DNA of 64,000 nt, from the NCBI RefSeq assembly GCF_006345805.1, contig NC_043013.1, positions 19,468,001 through 19,532,000 on the forward strand. Reading direction: 5' to 3'. This DNA is from Octopus sinensis (taxonomy: Eukaryota). Position numbers and translations under genes: made by a program. Below, piece by piece: positions 40,811 to 54,901 of this stretch; the stretch's first letter is position 1; every line of letters starts with the position of its first letter. The notes beneath the pieces are model-generated. The model was not told where the DNA came from and did not search any database. It saw only the letters and a list, made by a program, of their open reading frames with translations.

Positions 40811-40861
<51 letters not shown>

Positions 40862-41212
40862 TTTGTGTGTGTGTGTGTGAAAGAGACACTGAGTGTGTGT
40901 CAAGCTCGGATCCTACCTGAAGTTGTTGAGCTGTAAACTGCGCCACCTAACGTAGGGTTGGTGAAAAAGTGCTTTAGTATGTGGTAGCATTACTGGCGTG
41001 TATGTGTGTGTGTGTGTGTGAATGTGTGTGAATATGTATATATATATGGTATATATATATATATATATATACACATATATATATATGTATATATGTATAT
41101 GTGTCTATATATATATATATATGTATGTATGTATGTGTATATATATATATATACACATATATATATATGTATATATGTATATGTGTCTATATATATATAT
41201 AATGTATGTATG

Positions 41213-41251
<39 letters not shown>

Positions 41252-41276
41252 TATATTATATATATGTGTATATATG

Positions 41277-41330
<54 letters not shown>

Positions 41331-42042
41331 GTATGTATGTATGTATGTATGTATATGTGAGTGTCGTGTGTGCGTATGTCTGCGTGTGTATATGCATGTA
41401 GCAGAAGAAAGGAAGGAGTGGTGGAACAGGGAGGGGAAGGAGAGGAAAGGAGATGGAGAAAGAGAGGTTGAGAGAAGAGGAGAATCAAACGAAAGAGAAG
41501 AGTTACTCAATGTCGGTGGCTGGCATCAGAACTGGTGAAGAATCGTATTTCTACTTCCACTAGCAACGAATGACAACAGCCTCACCTAGCATCTGAAGTC
41601 GAGATGATTGTAAGTAGAGAAGAGAAGAGGAGAGAAGAGAAGGGGAGGGGAAAGAGAGAGAGAGACAGAGAGAGAGAGGGAGATGGGGGGAAAGCAGAGA
41701 GAGAGGTGAGGATGGGAGAGAAGAAGGAGAGTGGAAATACAGAAACTCAAAGAGAGGGGATGGTGAGATGAAGATCGAATGAGTGAGAGAGTGAGAGAGA
41801 GAGAGAGAGGGAGGGAGATGGGGGAGGGAAGGCAGAGAGAGGTGAGGATGGGAGAGAAGAAGGAGAGTGGAAATACAGAAAGTCAAAGAGAGGGGAAGGT
41901 GAGATGAAGATCGAATGAGTGAGAGAGAGAGAGTTGAAACGTGTTTTGATTCATTTATGTGTGTGACTCTACGTATAGTATGGACATGCAACATACACAC
42001 GCATACACGCACATATATATATACATACATACATACATGCAC

Positions 42043-42106
<64 letters not shown>

Positions 42107-42136
42107 TAGATAGATATATAGATAGATAGATAGATT

Positions 42137-42189
<53 letters not shown>

Positions 42190-42488
42190 GTGGACAGGCA
42201 GACAGAGAGGGGCTGCATCTAAAGTATATGCGTGTGTATGTGTATCTGTGTCTGCGAGAGCGAGAGCGTGTATGTGTGTGCGTGTGTGCTCGCGCGCGTG
42301 TATGCGAGCCAGGCTTACGTCTTCGATGAGCGAATACCTGTAATCAATCAGCCCAGGCTGTACACGCGATAGATTTCATTACTCGACACGCATATTAGGA
42401 AAGGAAAACAACAGCGGTAATAACAACACACATAGGTACATGAACGTGGGGTGTGTCCGTCTGTTTGTCTGTTTGGCTGCCTGTCCAC

Positions 42489-42557
<69 letters not shown>

Positions 42558-42888
42558 AGAGATTTACTTACTTGCAAATAAATGTATTGACCGAGGTTAC
42601 CGTGGTATTTTCCGTAGGCTTTACTTTCCACGGATAAACATCACCTGTTTTGCCCTTTACACTTTATATCATGACATTTCTGTGATACACGATCCCTATT
42701 GATCGATTATTTTTCTCCCCACCTTTTTTTTTCTTTATCCTTTCATCTTTCTCCCTTTTTCTTTCCTTTTTACGATCCCTTTTGATCGAAAACCTACCGC
42801 ACCTTATTTTTCCTCTCCCCGAAAAGAAAAGCTCTACTTTGTAATTTGTCAAGTCTGTGTGCAGCCCTGGGTGGCTAATAAAGAAACA

Positions 42889-42979
<91 letters not shown>

Positions 42980-42995
42980 ATATATATATATATCC

Positions 42996-43068
<73 letters not shown>

Positions 43069-43423
43069 GAGAGTTGCTTACTTGCAAAAAAAAAAAATAA
43101 ATATAACATGACTTCATTGACCGAGGTTACCGTGGTCTTTTCCGTAGGCTTTTCTTTCCACGGGTAAACCTCACCTGTCCTCCCCTTTACAATTCATATT
43201 GACATTTCTGTGATAACGATCCCTATTGATCAATTTTTTTTCCTTTCCTTTCCCCCCACCTTTTTTTTTTAATTTTATCCCCCCCTTTTTTGTCCTCTTT
43301 CTTTCCTTTTACGATCCCTTTTGATCGAAAACCAAACCCCCTTTTTTTACACCCAAAAGAAAAGCTCTACCTTGTAATTTGTCCTGTCTATGTGTAGCCC
43401 TGTGTGGCTAATAAAGAAACATA
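42558..43423 (+). mobile_element. Two tandem ~340-bp copies of an unclassified element (probable LINE 3' UTR) separated and flanked by (TATC)n
   Basis: Copies at 42558-42890 and 43068-43423 share TTGACCGAGGTTACCGTGG..CGATCCCTATTGATC..GCTCTAC.TTGTAATTTGTC..GTGGCTAATAAAGAAACATA. Confidence 0.8.
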
Positions 43424-43810
43424 TCTATCTATCTTTACACGCACACACACATAATGTATGTATGTTTGTATGGTTACTATGAAAACATTACCCCTGGTTA
43501 AAAATCAGCAACTCAGACAGTCGAATGTGCGACTACCTCATTGCTTCTGAAGGATAATCAGCTCTTTTGCGTCACATTTAAACTTACCCAAGTGATGAAG
43601 AAGACGGAAAGAAAAAAAATTATAAGCCGATGCAATAGATAATCCATGCAGACACATACATACATCTGCGGCCCCAGGCACACACATACACACATGCGCA
43701 CGCGCACAGACACTCACGCACACATATATTTTGCTTTATGCAAAGTTTCATATAAAACCAGTGACACACAGTTGCTGTAGTGTCTCTTATATACATGCAT
43801 ACATACACAC

Positions 43811-43886
<76 letters not shown>

Positions 43887-43899
43887 GTATATATGTGTA

Positions 43900-44015
<116 letters not shown>

Positions 44016-46239
44016 TGTTGAACATTTAAATGAAGTCTGACCGAATTCGTTTGAACAAAGTACGATACGTATTTGTTTTTGTTTTTTACAAGAGAAATGT
44101 TGACTGCGATTTCAAAGCTTCATTTGTTTTTTGCCATCGTGAGACTTACGACAGTGCTTGTTCTCTACGTACGTTTTGCTATTTTGTTTATTTGCATTTC
44201 CCCAGTGGGTATACCAGGTGCGATTGGGTACCAAACCACAACACTTCTTCAGAGAACGTCTTATTGCATAATGTTTTTACAATTCAAATGCTTCATATTA
44301 TAATACATTATTCCCCTGATGGACTATTGTGTTTCAGCATACAGTTACACTTGGAACTCTCACCGCAGTGGAGGCAAATAAACAGAAGTAGACCATCGGT
44401 TATGACGACGAGGGTTCCAGTTGATCCGATCAATGGAACAGTCTATCCCCGAAATCAACATACAAGTGGCTGAGCACTCCACAGACACATGTCTCTTTAA
44501 CGTAGCTCCCAGGAAGATTCAACGTGACACAGAATGTGACAAGGGTAACCCTATGGAATATTGGTACAATTCGTTTTCGCTAGCTGAGTGGACTGGTGCA
44601 ACGTTAAAGAAATTATCTTACTCAAGAACAAGACACACCGCCGGGAATCACACTCTCAACCTCCAAGCCACGCGCCTTCACTCGAGGATGCAACTAGCCA
44701 CAACGCTGAAACGTACGTAGGGAGTAAATGACATAAACTGCATCCTGTGTTTATCGTAAATTTTCCTATATCTACTATGGCCGGCGTGTTGCAGGATGAA
44801 TGCTTTTTCGACAGGAACACTTTATTTGCATAACTCCCCACAGAAAGAGTGCTGCACTGAATGGGTAGGAAAGATACAAAGGTTTCAACGTACGACCAGT
44901 CACAGGATGGTGCTGCATTACGTGCGTAATAATGCGTGAAGGATGATGGCTAAGAACATTAGTGACAACATGGATTCACTGCCCTTAATGCACAAGCCTC
45001 ACTCAACAACATGCTGTCATCCAGGTGTCCATAAACACCACACAACGCAAAACTATACCTACTGTGCACGACAAAGAAGGAGTAAAACATGAAGTTAGAC
45101 TATTGTCTGAAGTCTTAAAACCGTATTCCACCACTTGTTGGGTCCCGAACCATATTTGAACACGTTGCTCACGAATCGAGGAGAGAAAAAGAGAGGAGAT
45201 TGGTGATAGACAGCAGCAGACATTAATCGTCAACGTGCGAAAATATGAGAACACGAAACGGAAGTAGAGAGAATTTTCTCATCCGCAATTTTACTGAGGA
45301 GGAAATCGAGTATACAATGGCTCTCTTTCATAAACACGAAGCAGACTACAGATTAGATGTAGGATTTAGCTACCATCGACTTGCGATGATAGGCAGGAGA
45401 AAAAGAAGGGGATTCTTGAACGCACGACCGCTTCCCAAATGAATCCAGATTAAAGTAAGCTGCTCTAAGTCCATTACAAGTATCACTGTAGCCCAAAATA
45501 AAAAGCAGGCAAAAATGAACCCACTAATGAATCTGGGGGACGACAAGAAAAATATTGTGTTAGTGGAAGAGAAGGGAATGGAAGAGACAAATTAATCCAA
45601 CTTCGAAATGATAAATGCTTAGGGAAAACAATACCAACTCTCTTCCAAGAGCTTAGAACGTATCAAACAGTCGGAGATAATAGAAGCAATAGTTCTAATT
45701 GTTGCTATTGCTGCGGTCGTCATTATTTGGTTCTAAATAAGTTCTGAATTCGAAGACAATCTACCTTTGACCATCGCGTTTAAATTTTGAATGCAGTACA
45801 CCTTAGACTAAACTGCACTTGCTGTCCCGTTTACCAATCCTATTTTATGACACCAAGATGTAACTTAAATGAAATTTGGCTGCTGTTACTATCAAGAGCG
45901 TTCTTCAGTTCCTAACATCAGTAGGTTGCTGTTGTTGCTGCTTAGCCCAAGGCCGGGTTTGATCGGGGAGAATTATGACCAAACACATTCCTCAGAAGGC
46001 CATTCAGTATTTACTTTGTGTTGCAAAAATCCAGGATTCCACAATCCAAGATGTTCCTTTCCTAAGATGCTAGTATACGATTTCAAGGCGATTTGGCTGC
46101 TATTCCTGGCAAGAACAACGACCACATTGAGTCTTCTTCGTGTACAACTAAGGCGACTGATGAAGATTTGATGATAAAAGAGACAGTGTTGAATAAACGA
46201 TAGCGCTGACAGTATACAAAGTAGACTTGATGTAGGCGA

Positions 46240-47700
46240 TGATGATGATGGTGGAAATTATGGCGGGGCCGACTGATGGTGGTGGAGTTGGAGGTATTGG
46301 TGGTGGTAGTAGTGATGGTGATGGTGTTGTGTGTGGTGGTGGAGGTTGCGCTGTTATATGCACCACTGCATCAATCGATGTGTCATGGCATGTGTAATTA
46401 ACATGACATCATGGAACTGGTGTGATGCTGAGCACATTGGCAACGAGTCATCAGAAGTAAAAGAGAAAGAGAGGGAGAGCGACAGAGCGAAAGAGAGAGA
46501 GAGAGAGAAAGAGAGGGGGTGGAAGATTTGTAGAGAGGGTTGCAGAGGTGGGGATAGATATAATAGTAGGGATGGTAGTATTGATGGTAGAGACAGTGAT
46601 GCTGCTGATGTTGCTAGAGGGAGCGCTTGTCGTGGCAGTGATGACGGTGATGTTATTGGAAGTGGTTGAGGTGGTAGTTAGGATGATGATGTTGTTGATT
46701 GTGTTGGTGTTGGTGTTGGTGGAGGTGATGGTATTGCTGGTGGTTTGTAGTACTAGTAATATTTTGGTTGTGACCTTACAACTTTTACTGGTGGTAGTCG
46801 TAGTGGTGGTGGCGGTGGTTATATGCACAATGTTGTTTTTCATAATGGCGGTAGTAGTAGTAGTAGTAGTGGTAGTAATAGTAGTAGTAGTAGTAATAGT
46901 AGTAGTAGTAATAGTAGTAGTAGTAGTAGTAGTAGCAGCAGCAGCAGCAGTAGTAGTAGGAGTAGTAGTAGTGGTGGTGGTGGTGGTGGTGGCGGTGGTT
47001 ATATGCACAATGTTGTTTTTCATAATGGCGGTAGTAGTAGTAGTAGTAGTGGTAGTAATAGTAGTAGTAGTAGTAGTAGTAGTAATAGTAGTAGTAGTAA
47101 TAGTAGTAGTAGTAGTAGCAGCAGCAGCAGCAGTAGTAGTAGGAGTAGTAGTAGTGGTGGTGGTGGTGGTGGCGGTGGTGATGGTGGTGGTGATGATAGT
47201 GGTAGTATGATTCTGCAGTTTGTAACTGTGGTAGTGGTGATGATGTTCTTGGTGGTGGTAGTGGTGGTAGTGACGATGAGAGGCTGATCTTATTATTTAT
47301 GATGTCAATCGTTGTGGTTTTAGTGATGGGGTTAAGGTAGTGGTGGTGATGCTATAGAAGGTGGTAGTGCTGGTGTCGTAGTGATAATGTACGATCTTGT
47401 TATTGAAAGTGGTGATGATGATGATGGAGGTGGTGCTGGTGGTTCGGGCGATGATGGTGGGCGGGTCATAATAATAGTGAATTTGGTTGTGGTGATGATA
47501 GTTAAGGCAGTAGTCTGATCCTGTTGTTATTGAAGGTAGTGATGGTGGTAGTGAAGATGGTAGCGGTGGTGGTAGTGAAGGATGCGATGGTGTTAGGGAT
47601 GAAAGTGGTGATGGTAATAGTTAGTGGTAGAGATGGTGTTTTAAGTATGGTGTTAAAATGATTTTGGTATTGTAGTTGTTGTTACTGTTGTTGTTTGTGG
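46240..47700. repeat. (GGT/AGT/GAT)n low-complexity region with an internal ~180-bp tandem duplication
   Basis: GGCGGTGGTTATATGCACAATGTTGTTTTTCATAATGGCGGTAG occurs at ~46811 and ~46990. Confidence 0.95.
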
Positions 47701-49486
47701 TAATAACCGTTGTTGTTTAGCCCCAGGTCAACTCCCATTGAGCGCATCTCTGATCACAAGCTTTCCAGTCGAGATTCCAGTCATGTCTGGAACCCAGGAC
47801 TGTGTTATAACAGACCCACCCACATGGTATGCTTTGGATGACCCGAGGGTCACAGTAAAATGCACTTGCAAAAGGCGTCTCGCAGTGGGACCGAAACTGG
47901 AACTTTGTGATTACGAAGCAAACTCCTCACCACACATTTTAAATGCTATTTTTGTTTAACCTCAGTTCACACCTATCATTGCAAACATACGATCATAGTA
48001 ATTTCAAATAAACCCATACACACGTTCTTACAAACAGTCCGTATACTTCTACCTTGAATTACTTTATCCAATGTGTCTTTTTGATTTATAAGGTAGAACT
48101 GCCAGATCTAAAAAAAAAAAAAAATTAGAACTAGATTTGTAGGTGGTGGATGATGGTGGTGGGGGTAATGATAATGTTGGAGGTAATGGTGGAGTTATGC
48201 TGTAGGTAATGCTGCAGGTGAGGTAGTGGTGGCGTGACGGTTTAGGTGCTGAGGATGTGCTTGGAAGGCATTGGTGGATGCATAATCGACAACTGTTCGT
48301 AAATCAACAAGATTGATTTGACTTTCTTCACAATCCACTCACCTACATTCTCCCGAATGAACAAAACCAGGTAAACTGTATTGATCTCTATCGATTACGT
48401 TAATTTCAGTAGTAGTACACAGAGGGCGCCAGGTGAATGAAGACACAGATCAAATATCTCAGGTTGAGGAGAGACTGTGGGGCAGATGTAAATGTATGTC
48501 AAGATCTTCAGTAATTATACTGTTCCGTAGACATTTCAATTGCTATCTTGTGCTTTAGTAAATCGTTTTTCTTCAAATCAGATACATTGTCACCTGACGA
48601 AATAAAGAGGACGAGGAAACTTCGAGCATCGGCGTAAATGATAGCAAGCAAATAAATTCAATTATCATAGTACAATGCAGCCATTGGCAACCTGTATGTT
48701 GGGGACTTTGTGCATGGCACACTAAATAAAAAATTATCTGGAATATTTTCATTAGGGCAGCCCACATGACGTTGAACCATATGTCATGCACTCTGCCTCT
48801 CGAAAAATATTGCCCATACCATACTATGTAGGTATACACACACACGCACACATGCACTCATATATATATATATATATACATACACATTTGTATATATATG
48901 TATGTATATACATATGTATATGTATTTATGTATGTATGTATGCATACGGGCAACTCTGATGTGATGATGAGAGCTTCATAACCTTTTGATTCATAGTGTC
49001 GCTGTTAAAGATTTTCATGCGCTTGCTGTGTGTGTTCGCTTAGTCCAACAAGGTATAAATACTTCTTTTGTTGATCAGGTGGAGTAGGGACTGCTCCGAT
49101 GACTAAACAGTTCGTCAGAGATAGATGTGATTGACGTAGGTGTAGATTTTCTGGAACATCAGCTAGAAGTTGATGGCTGGCGGTAAAAATGTGTTGAGTT
49201 GGGTGAATTATGGAGGTCTGACGAAAAATGGACGTAGTGGTTAGTTCCAGTTACGAAGAGGGGATGAACAATACGGGTGACTAGAGCAGAAAAATGAGGT
49301 GTAGGACCTAAGGAGAAGTAACCCGACACCAAGAAGCGCTAAGGAGCAGAATCTATACTAGTAGCGGTAGTAAAAGATAGATGTGAACTTTTCTGACAGG
49401 ATTTGAACTCAGCTACGAAGTCTCATCAGGTACTCAGTTATTTCAACACTGTACTTATGTATACCTTATTTATACTTATCTATTAA

Positions 49487-49717
49487 GGCGGTGAGCTGGC
49501 AGAAACGTTAGCGCGCCGGGCGAAATGCGCGGCCGTGTTTCGTCTGGCATTATGTTCTGCGTTCAAATTCCGCCGAGGTCGACTTTAACTTTCATCCTCT
49601 CGGGGTCGATAAATTAAGTACCAGTTACGCACTGGGGTCGATGTAATCGACTTAATCCGTTTGTCTGTCCTTGTTTGTCCTCTCTGTGTTTAGCCCCTTG
49701 TGGGTAGTAAAGAAATA
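49487..49717 (+). mobile_element. SINE family A, full-length monomer
   Basis: GGCGGTGAGCTGGCAGAAACGTTAG...GGGTAGTAAAGAAATA. Confidence 0.95.
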
Positions 49718-50783
49718 ACTGTACTTATTTATACTAGGACCCAAAGTAGAAACATCTGCGTGGTCACACAACATACAGCAAAAACTGACAACACTCCTTC
49801 AAACGATATCCTCTTCAAAAGAGAAAGGCATTTGATTTGAGATGATACAACCCTAGAAACACTCCACTAGATAATGATATACGAATGGGCCATCGTGATA
49901 GAGATCTATTTAGATTGAAGGATTATCAAGGCTGGTTTTAGGTTATACAGTATTAGCAGCAGCAATTACAAGGACAACTAAATTTTACATTTCTTAACCT
50001 CGGAACCAATTTTATGGTATTGACGAGAAGCGAACCGCTGAATCTTGTACTAATTTTTATCGTGACCTCTTTATCGCCTTTGTCAACCAGCGTTGCATTT
50101 CATACGCAATAAAGTAATAAGATATTATTTAGTGAATGCCGAGTTTATCATGGTATATGAATGGCTGAATAAAGATGGCTGGGTGAAGATGCTTGAAAGA
50201 ATCTGGTTGAATGAAGATCTTTGTTGAAAGAAGACCTCTGACGAAATCCTGAAGAAATTATCACATGAATCGCTTTGATATCTTTTGCGCTAACTGACAA
50301 TAACAGAACCAGCTCCAACGAATTCCCAACTTCATTTTATCTTCGAAAATATTCTGGTGTTAAGTTCAGCGATTCTACACATATAATTCATAGAATGGCT
50401 GTCTGAACACAATAGCACCGATAGTAACCACATATGTAACAGCAGCAGCTGCGACAGTAGTGACAGTAGTGGCGCAGCAGCAGCAGCAGCAGCAGCAGCA
50501 TCTACAGCTTACAGAGTAAACCTTTGTACTTGTAACAAACCTTTGCAGCTGCATGGATTGGTTACAGAGAATAAAGAGACGAGGCAATGAATTTGGAATA
50601 AGAAAATACAGATGAAGCGAGATAAAACTCATACAAACACAAGAATACCTGCAATACAATCACGAATGCGAACATTGAAATAATTCTATATATTCTTGGA
50701 ATATGTAGTAGCTGTGTATGTTTATGCATGTTGTACTTGCAGATTTGTATACATACGCACACGCATATGTTTGTACGTGAGCG

Positions 50784-50821
<38 letters not shown>

Positions 50822-52099
50822 ATATATACATGCTCGCACATACATACGTACATACACATACATACATATACATACAAACATCCACATATATGGACATATA
50901 CCACCTACTCACACACGCGCGGGCAAATGCACATACCATAACATTTGCTTCTATCTTTCTTTTTATGTTCTGTCCATATATATATATTAATATATTCTTT
51001 GAACAATCTTGAGTTTTCAATTTAGATATATATATATATACACGCACATAGGCACATACATGCATGCACATACACACTCATATACACAGGTACACACTGA
51101 AACATAACACACACATATTTATACTTATATTGGTCTGGATACGGCCTTAAACTGTATCCGACCGCGGTACCCAGGTACAGGAATTCCAGGGTTTTAAGGG
51201 GTGGGTGTGAACTACCACTTAGTCACTGTTGTACTCAGTTCTTCTGAGACCCAGACTAGTAGCACCAGTTATGGATTAACTCGTATATGAACCACTGTCC
51301 GTGAAGGACCCTTACTTATCGTTAGAACGTATTCCTAGGATAAGGTAAACTCATATTAAATGTGCTGAAGCGCAGTCGGTGTCTGGTTGCTCCAAATTCT
51401 GTTGTGCCACTGGTGCTATTAGCTGATTGCGCTGAAAAGTGGGTTAAGTGCTGCGGCAAGACTTTATCTACTCAAGACAAGTTCACGCACAAGAACTCTT
51501 CGGACTCTCAGAAGATTTACATGGATTAATTGAGTTTAGAAAGAAGTCTTAATCGGTCACGCATTGGCTTCGACGATATGCATGTGCGTATAAAAGGTTT
51601 ATAGATGTTTTATGGTATAAAACGTTTATAGATGCATATATACATATGTGTGTGTGTTCGTGTATGTGAATGGATCTATATCGTAACTGCTTCTGTATGC
51701 ATATGGTTCTCAGTCATTTCCGTTCATTCGCGATCTTCCTCATGTCTTAACATAGAACAACACACATTTCCTTCTCATTCTCATTTTCCTTTTTTCCACG
51801 ATACATTTCTTTCTGTCGAGTTAATTAATTTTAGGAAGAGGAATTTAAGCTCGAAGCATTCGGGACTCTTTTACTTTCTGATCCCACTATACGTTATACT
51901 TCTGCATTATCTGTTACCTTGCATCAATTCCGATTTTATTTACAAACTGTTCGAAACTATTCGATATGCATCCAAACGCTCCGATCATCGCTGGAATAAC
52001 TAGAACTTTCTTCATCCTTCACAAATTTCCGTCTTCCTTCTTTAGTGGATCACACTTCTCGATCTTTTCATTATTACTTGATAAAAACTCACCGCTTAT

Positions 52100-52455
52100 T
52101 TTCCTGGGTATAATGGAAAGTGTCAGCTGTGCACAGCCAACAGACAAAGGTGATATTTCTTTACCGATCATGCATCAAGAACCCTGCGGAGGACTGTTGC
52201 AAATCCAAGCAATGATGTTTTTTGTATGTGTTCTATCTTTACATTTGAACCAGTCTTTTTGAGCCACGCTGTTTGTTGAGTGCTGATACTTCCAAGCGCA
52301 CCAATTGTTACTGGTATCACATCCACTCACGTTCATGGCCCACCATCTGCGTATTTCCCACTGCAGTCGCAGTTCAGTTTTTCTTCTTCTTTGCCTTTGA
52401 TCCTATTGCCACCTGGACAACGTAGTATGTTGTCTTTCTCTTTGATCCTGTTGTC
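52100..52455 (-). mobile_element. R4/Dong-like C-terminal fragment plus 3' UTR
   Basis: PGGNRIKGKEEEKL..VDVIPVTIGALGSISTQQTAWLKKTGSNVKIEHIQKTSLLGFATVLRRVLDA*. It abuts (TTA)n. Confidence 0.8.
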
Positions 52456-52474
52456 ATTATTATTATTATTATTA

Positions 52475-52534
<60 letters not shown>

Positions 52535-52584
52535 TATTATTATTATTATTATTATTGTTGTTGTTGTTGTTGTTGTTGTTGTTA

Positions 52585-52740
52585 TCATCGTCATCATCAT
52601 CATAGTTCTCGCCATAGAGCCTGTGGGTTTTGTGATCAAATCTGTTTACAATGTAATGAAACAACTCTCGGTGTCTGGGAAGAACAGGACCAAAGCACTA
52701 AAGGCAATATCAAAGACAGCAGGAGGTGTTCCAGTTAGAT
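52585..52740 (+). mobile_element. Possible HERO/NeSL-like RLE C-terminal fragment
   Basis: AIEPVGFVIKSVYNVMKQLSVSGKNRTKALKAISKTA resembles PIEVGCRGFV..LxxLGxxGxxRxxAIxxIsxaA. Confidence 0.35.
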
Positions 52741-52799
52741 CTCATCGAGGAAGACAAAACCAACCTGCATACCGATTGAAAAAAATATCTGAGTGTTTC

Positions 52800-53395
52800 A
52801 AGCCGGGTGAAATGCTTAGTGGTATTTCGTCTGTCTTTACGTTCTGTGTTCAAATCCCGCAGTGATCGACTTTGCCATTCATCCTTTCGGTGTCGATAAA
52901 TTAAGTACCAGTCACGCACTGGGGTCAATGTAATCGACTTAATCCATTTGTCTGTCCTTGTGTGTCCTCTCTGTGTTTAGCCCCTTGTGGAAAGTAAAGA
53001 AATATGTATTTCGTCTGTCTTTACGTTCTGGATTCAAATTCCGCCGAGATCGACTTTGCCTTTCATCCTTTAGGGGTCGATAAATTAAGTACCAGTTGCA
53101 TACTTGGATCGATCTAATCGACTGGTCCACTCCCTAAAAATTTCGAGCCTTGTGCCTAGAGTAGAAAAGAATATTTGAGTATTTGAACGCCAAAGAAAGT
53201 AACTCTGAGCGAGTCAATGCGTACCGGCATTTCTTCCGAATTTACGTTCTGAGTTCAAATTCCGCCAGTGTCAACTTCACATTTCTTTCTTTCGGGGTCG
53301 ATTAAATAAGTATCAGTTGAGCACCTGGAGCTGATGTAATCCACTTATCTCCTCACCCAAAATTTCTGAACCTGTGCCAAAATTTTAAACCTATA
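52800..53395 (+). mobile_element. Cluster of three SINE family A units
   Basis: The core repeats at ~52830, 53010 and 53240. The first two units are joined at AAAGAAATATGTATTTCG. Confidence 0.88.
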
Positions 53396-54528
53396 TGAAC
53401 TGCATTATTTATAGTACTATTTCAACAGACCTATCTTAACCGTATACATGTTGTTATGTAAAATTCCCTCGTTTTAGTCTGCAATATATATATGAAACTG
53501 GGATATAGATTTACAATAAACTGATCACAATTTTCCAGAAATCTATACACGTGACAGCAATATAAACTCGTGTAATCTTCTAAGACATGGTGCTGTGTTT
53601 GTACTTACGTATGTATTTGTGTGTGTTTGTCTGTGTGTGTGTATATGCGTGTGTGTAGTCTATGGAAGAATAAACATCGTAATTCCAGGAAGTGCTTTAA
53701 TCCAGACTTGGACTGTTTATTAATGTAGACTCTGTCGAAGACGCGTCGGCAGCGGTTTTAGTTAAGAACAATTACTGCTAATAACTGGTGACATGGAGCT
53801 ACTTACAATTAGAAACATTTACAGCTTCGATCAGCAAACACGCGCACACATACACACATACACACACTCACAATTACACGGACACAAATACACACACACC
53901 CATACGCACACCATTACATCCAATCCATAATTTGCTCCACAAAAACTAATCGATACAACATACCAGAATAACATTCCTACTCTCAGACTAAAATAAACTT
54001 TACATTTTACCTTAAAACAAATCTTGCGTTAAGCATTTCTCTACCCCTCTCCACAGCTCTCTTTCTCTCTCTCCCTCACTATCTCTCCCACACTCCGCTC
54101 TCTCTCTCCCACACTCCTCCCTCTCCCTCTCCCTCTCTCTCTCTCCTCTCTCCCTCGTGCGTTCTTTATGACTCTATCACTTTCTACCATTCCCGTTCTC
54201 TTTCTTACTCTCCCACTTTATTCTTTTTTTCTTTATCACCAAGTCGTTGACATTGACTTCCTAAGCATAGCATATACCGTTTCTCTCCTTCGCACGCGAC
54301 ACGCATGCACAAGCACGCAGGCACACAGACACACACACATCACAAACAACAGTTTTGATTCGGTTCGGTGCAGCTTGAAGTTTCGTTGGTTCCTCATACC
54401 AATCAAGCTCGTTAAGGTAGGCGACCGTATGGAAAGATGGTTCAAGTTCAAAATAACTACAAGAGATTGAAGAGTTGTTCTTCAAGGCTGGGTATATGAT
54501 GTTGATGATATTGGTCATAAAATATAAT

Positions 54529-54901
54529 GGCGGCGAGCTGGCAGAAACGTTAACATGCTGGGCGAAATCCTTAGTGGTATTTCGTCTGCCGTTACGTTCT
54601 GAGTTCAAATTCCGTCGAGGTCGACTTTGCCTTTCAGCCTTTCCGGGTCGATAAAATAAGTACCAGTTACGCACTGGGGTCGATATAATCGACTTAATTC
54701 GTTTGTCTGTCCTTGTTTGTCTCCTCTGTGTTTAGTCCCTTGTGGGTAGTAAAGAAATATGTATTTCCTCTGCCGCTACGTTCTGAGTTCAAATTCTGCC
54801 GAGGTCGATTTTGCCTTTCATCTTTTGGGGTCGATAAATTAAGTACCAGTTATGCACTGGGCTCGATGTAATCGACTTAATCCTTTTGTCTGTCCTTGTT
54901 T
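54529..54901 (+). mobile_element. SINE family A, tandem dimer
   Basis: A full monomer followed by a headless unit joined at AAAGAAATATGTATTTC. The second unit is truncated and fused to an R4-like fragment. Confidence 0.92.

Noticed and set aside
45000-45700. Purine-rich stretch that may be a retroelement ORF1 relic
   Set aside because: No motif is clear enough to assign.
46451-47287. Overlapping 150-220-aa Val-, Thr- or Ser/Gly-rich ORFs (mucin-like)
   Set aside because: Trinucleotide repeats lacking stops, open on both strands.
53715-53765. CGAAGACGCGTC resembling a Penelope hammerhead GAAACGCGTC
   Set aside because: The CUGANGA half of the core is absent.
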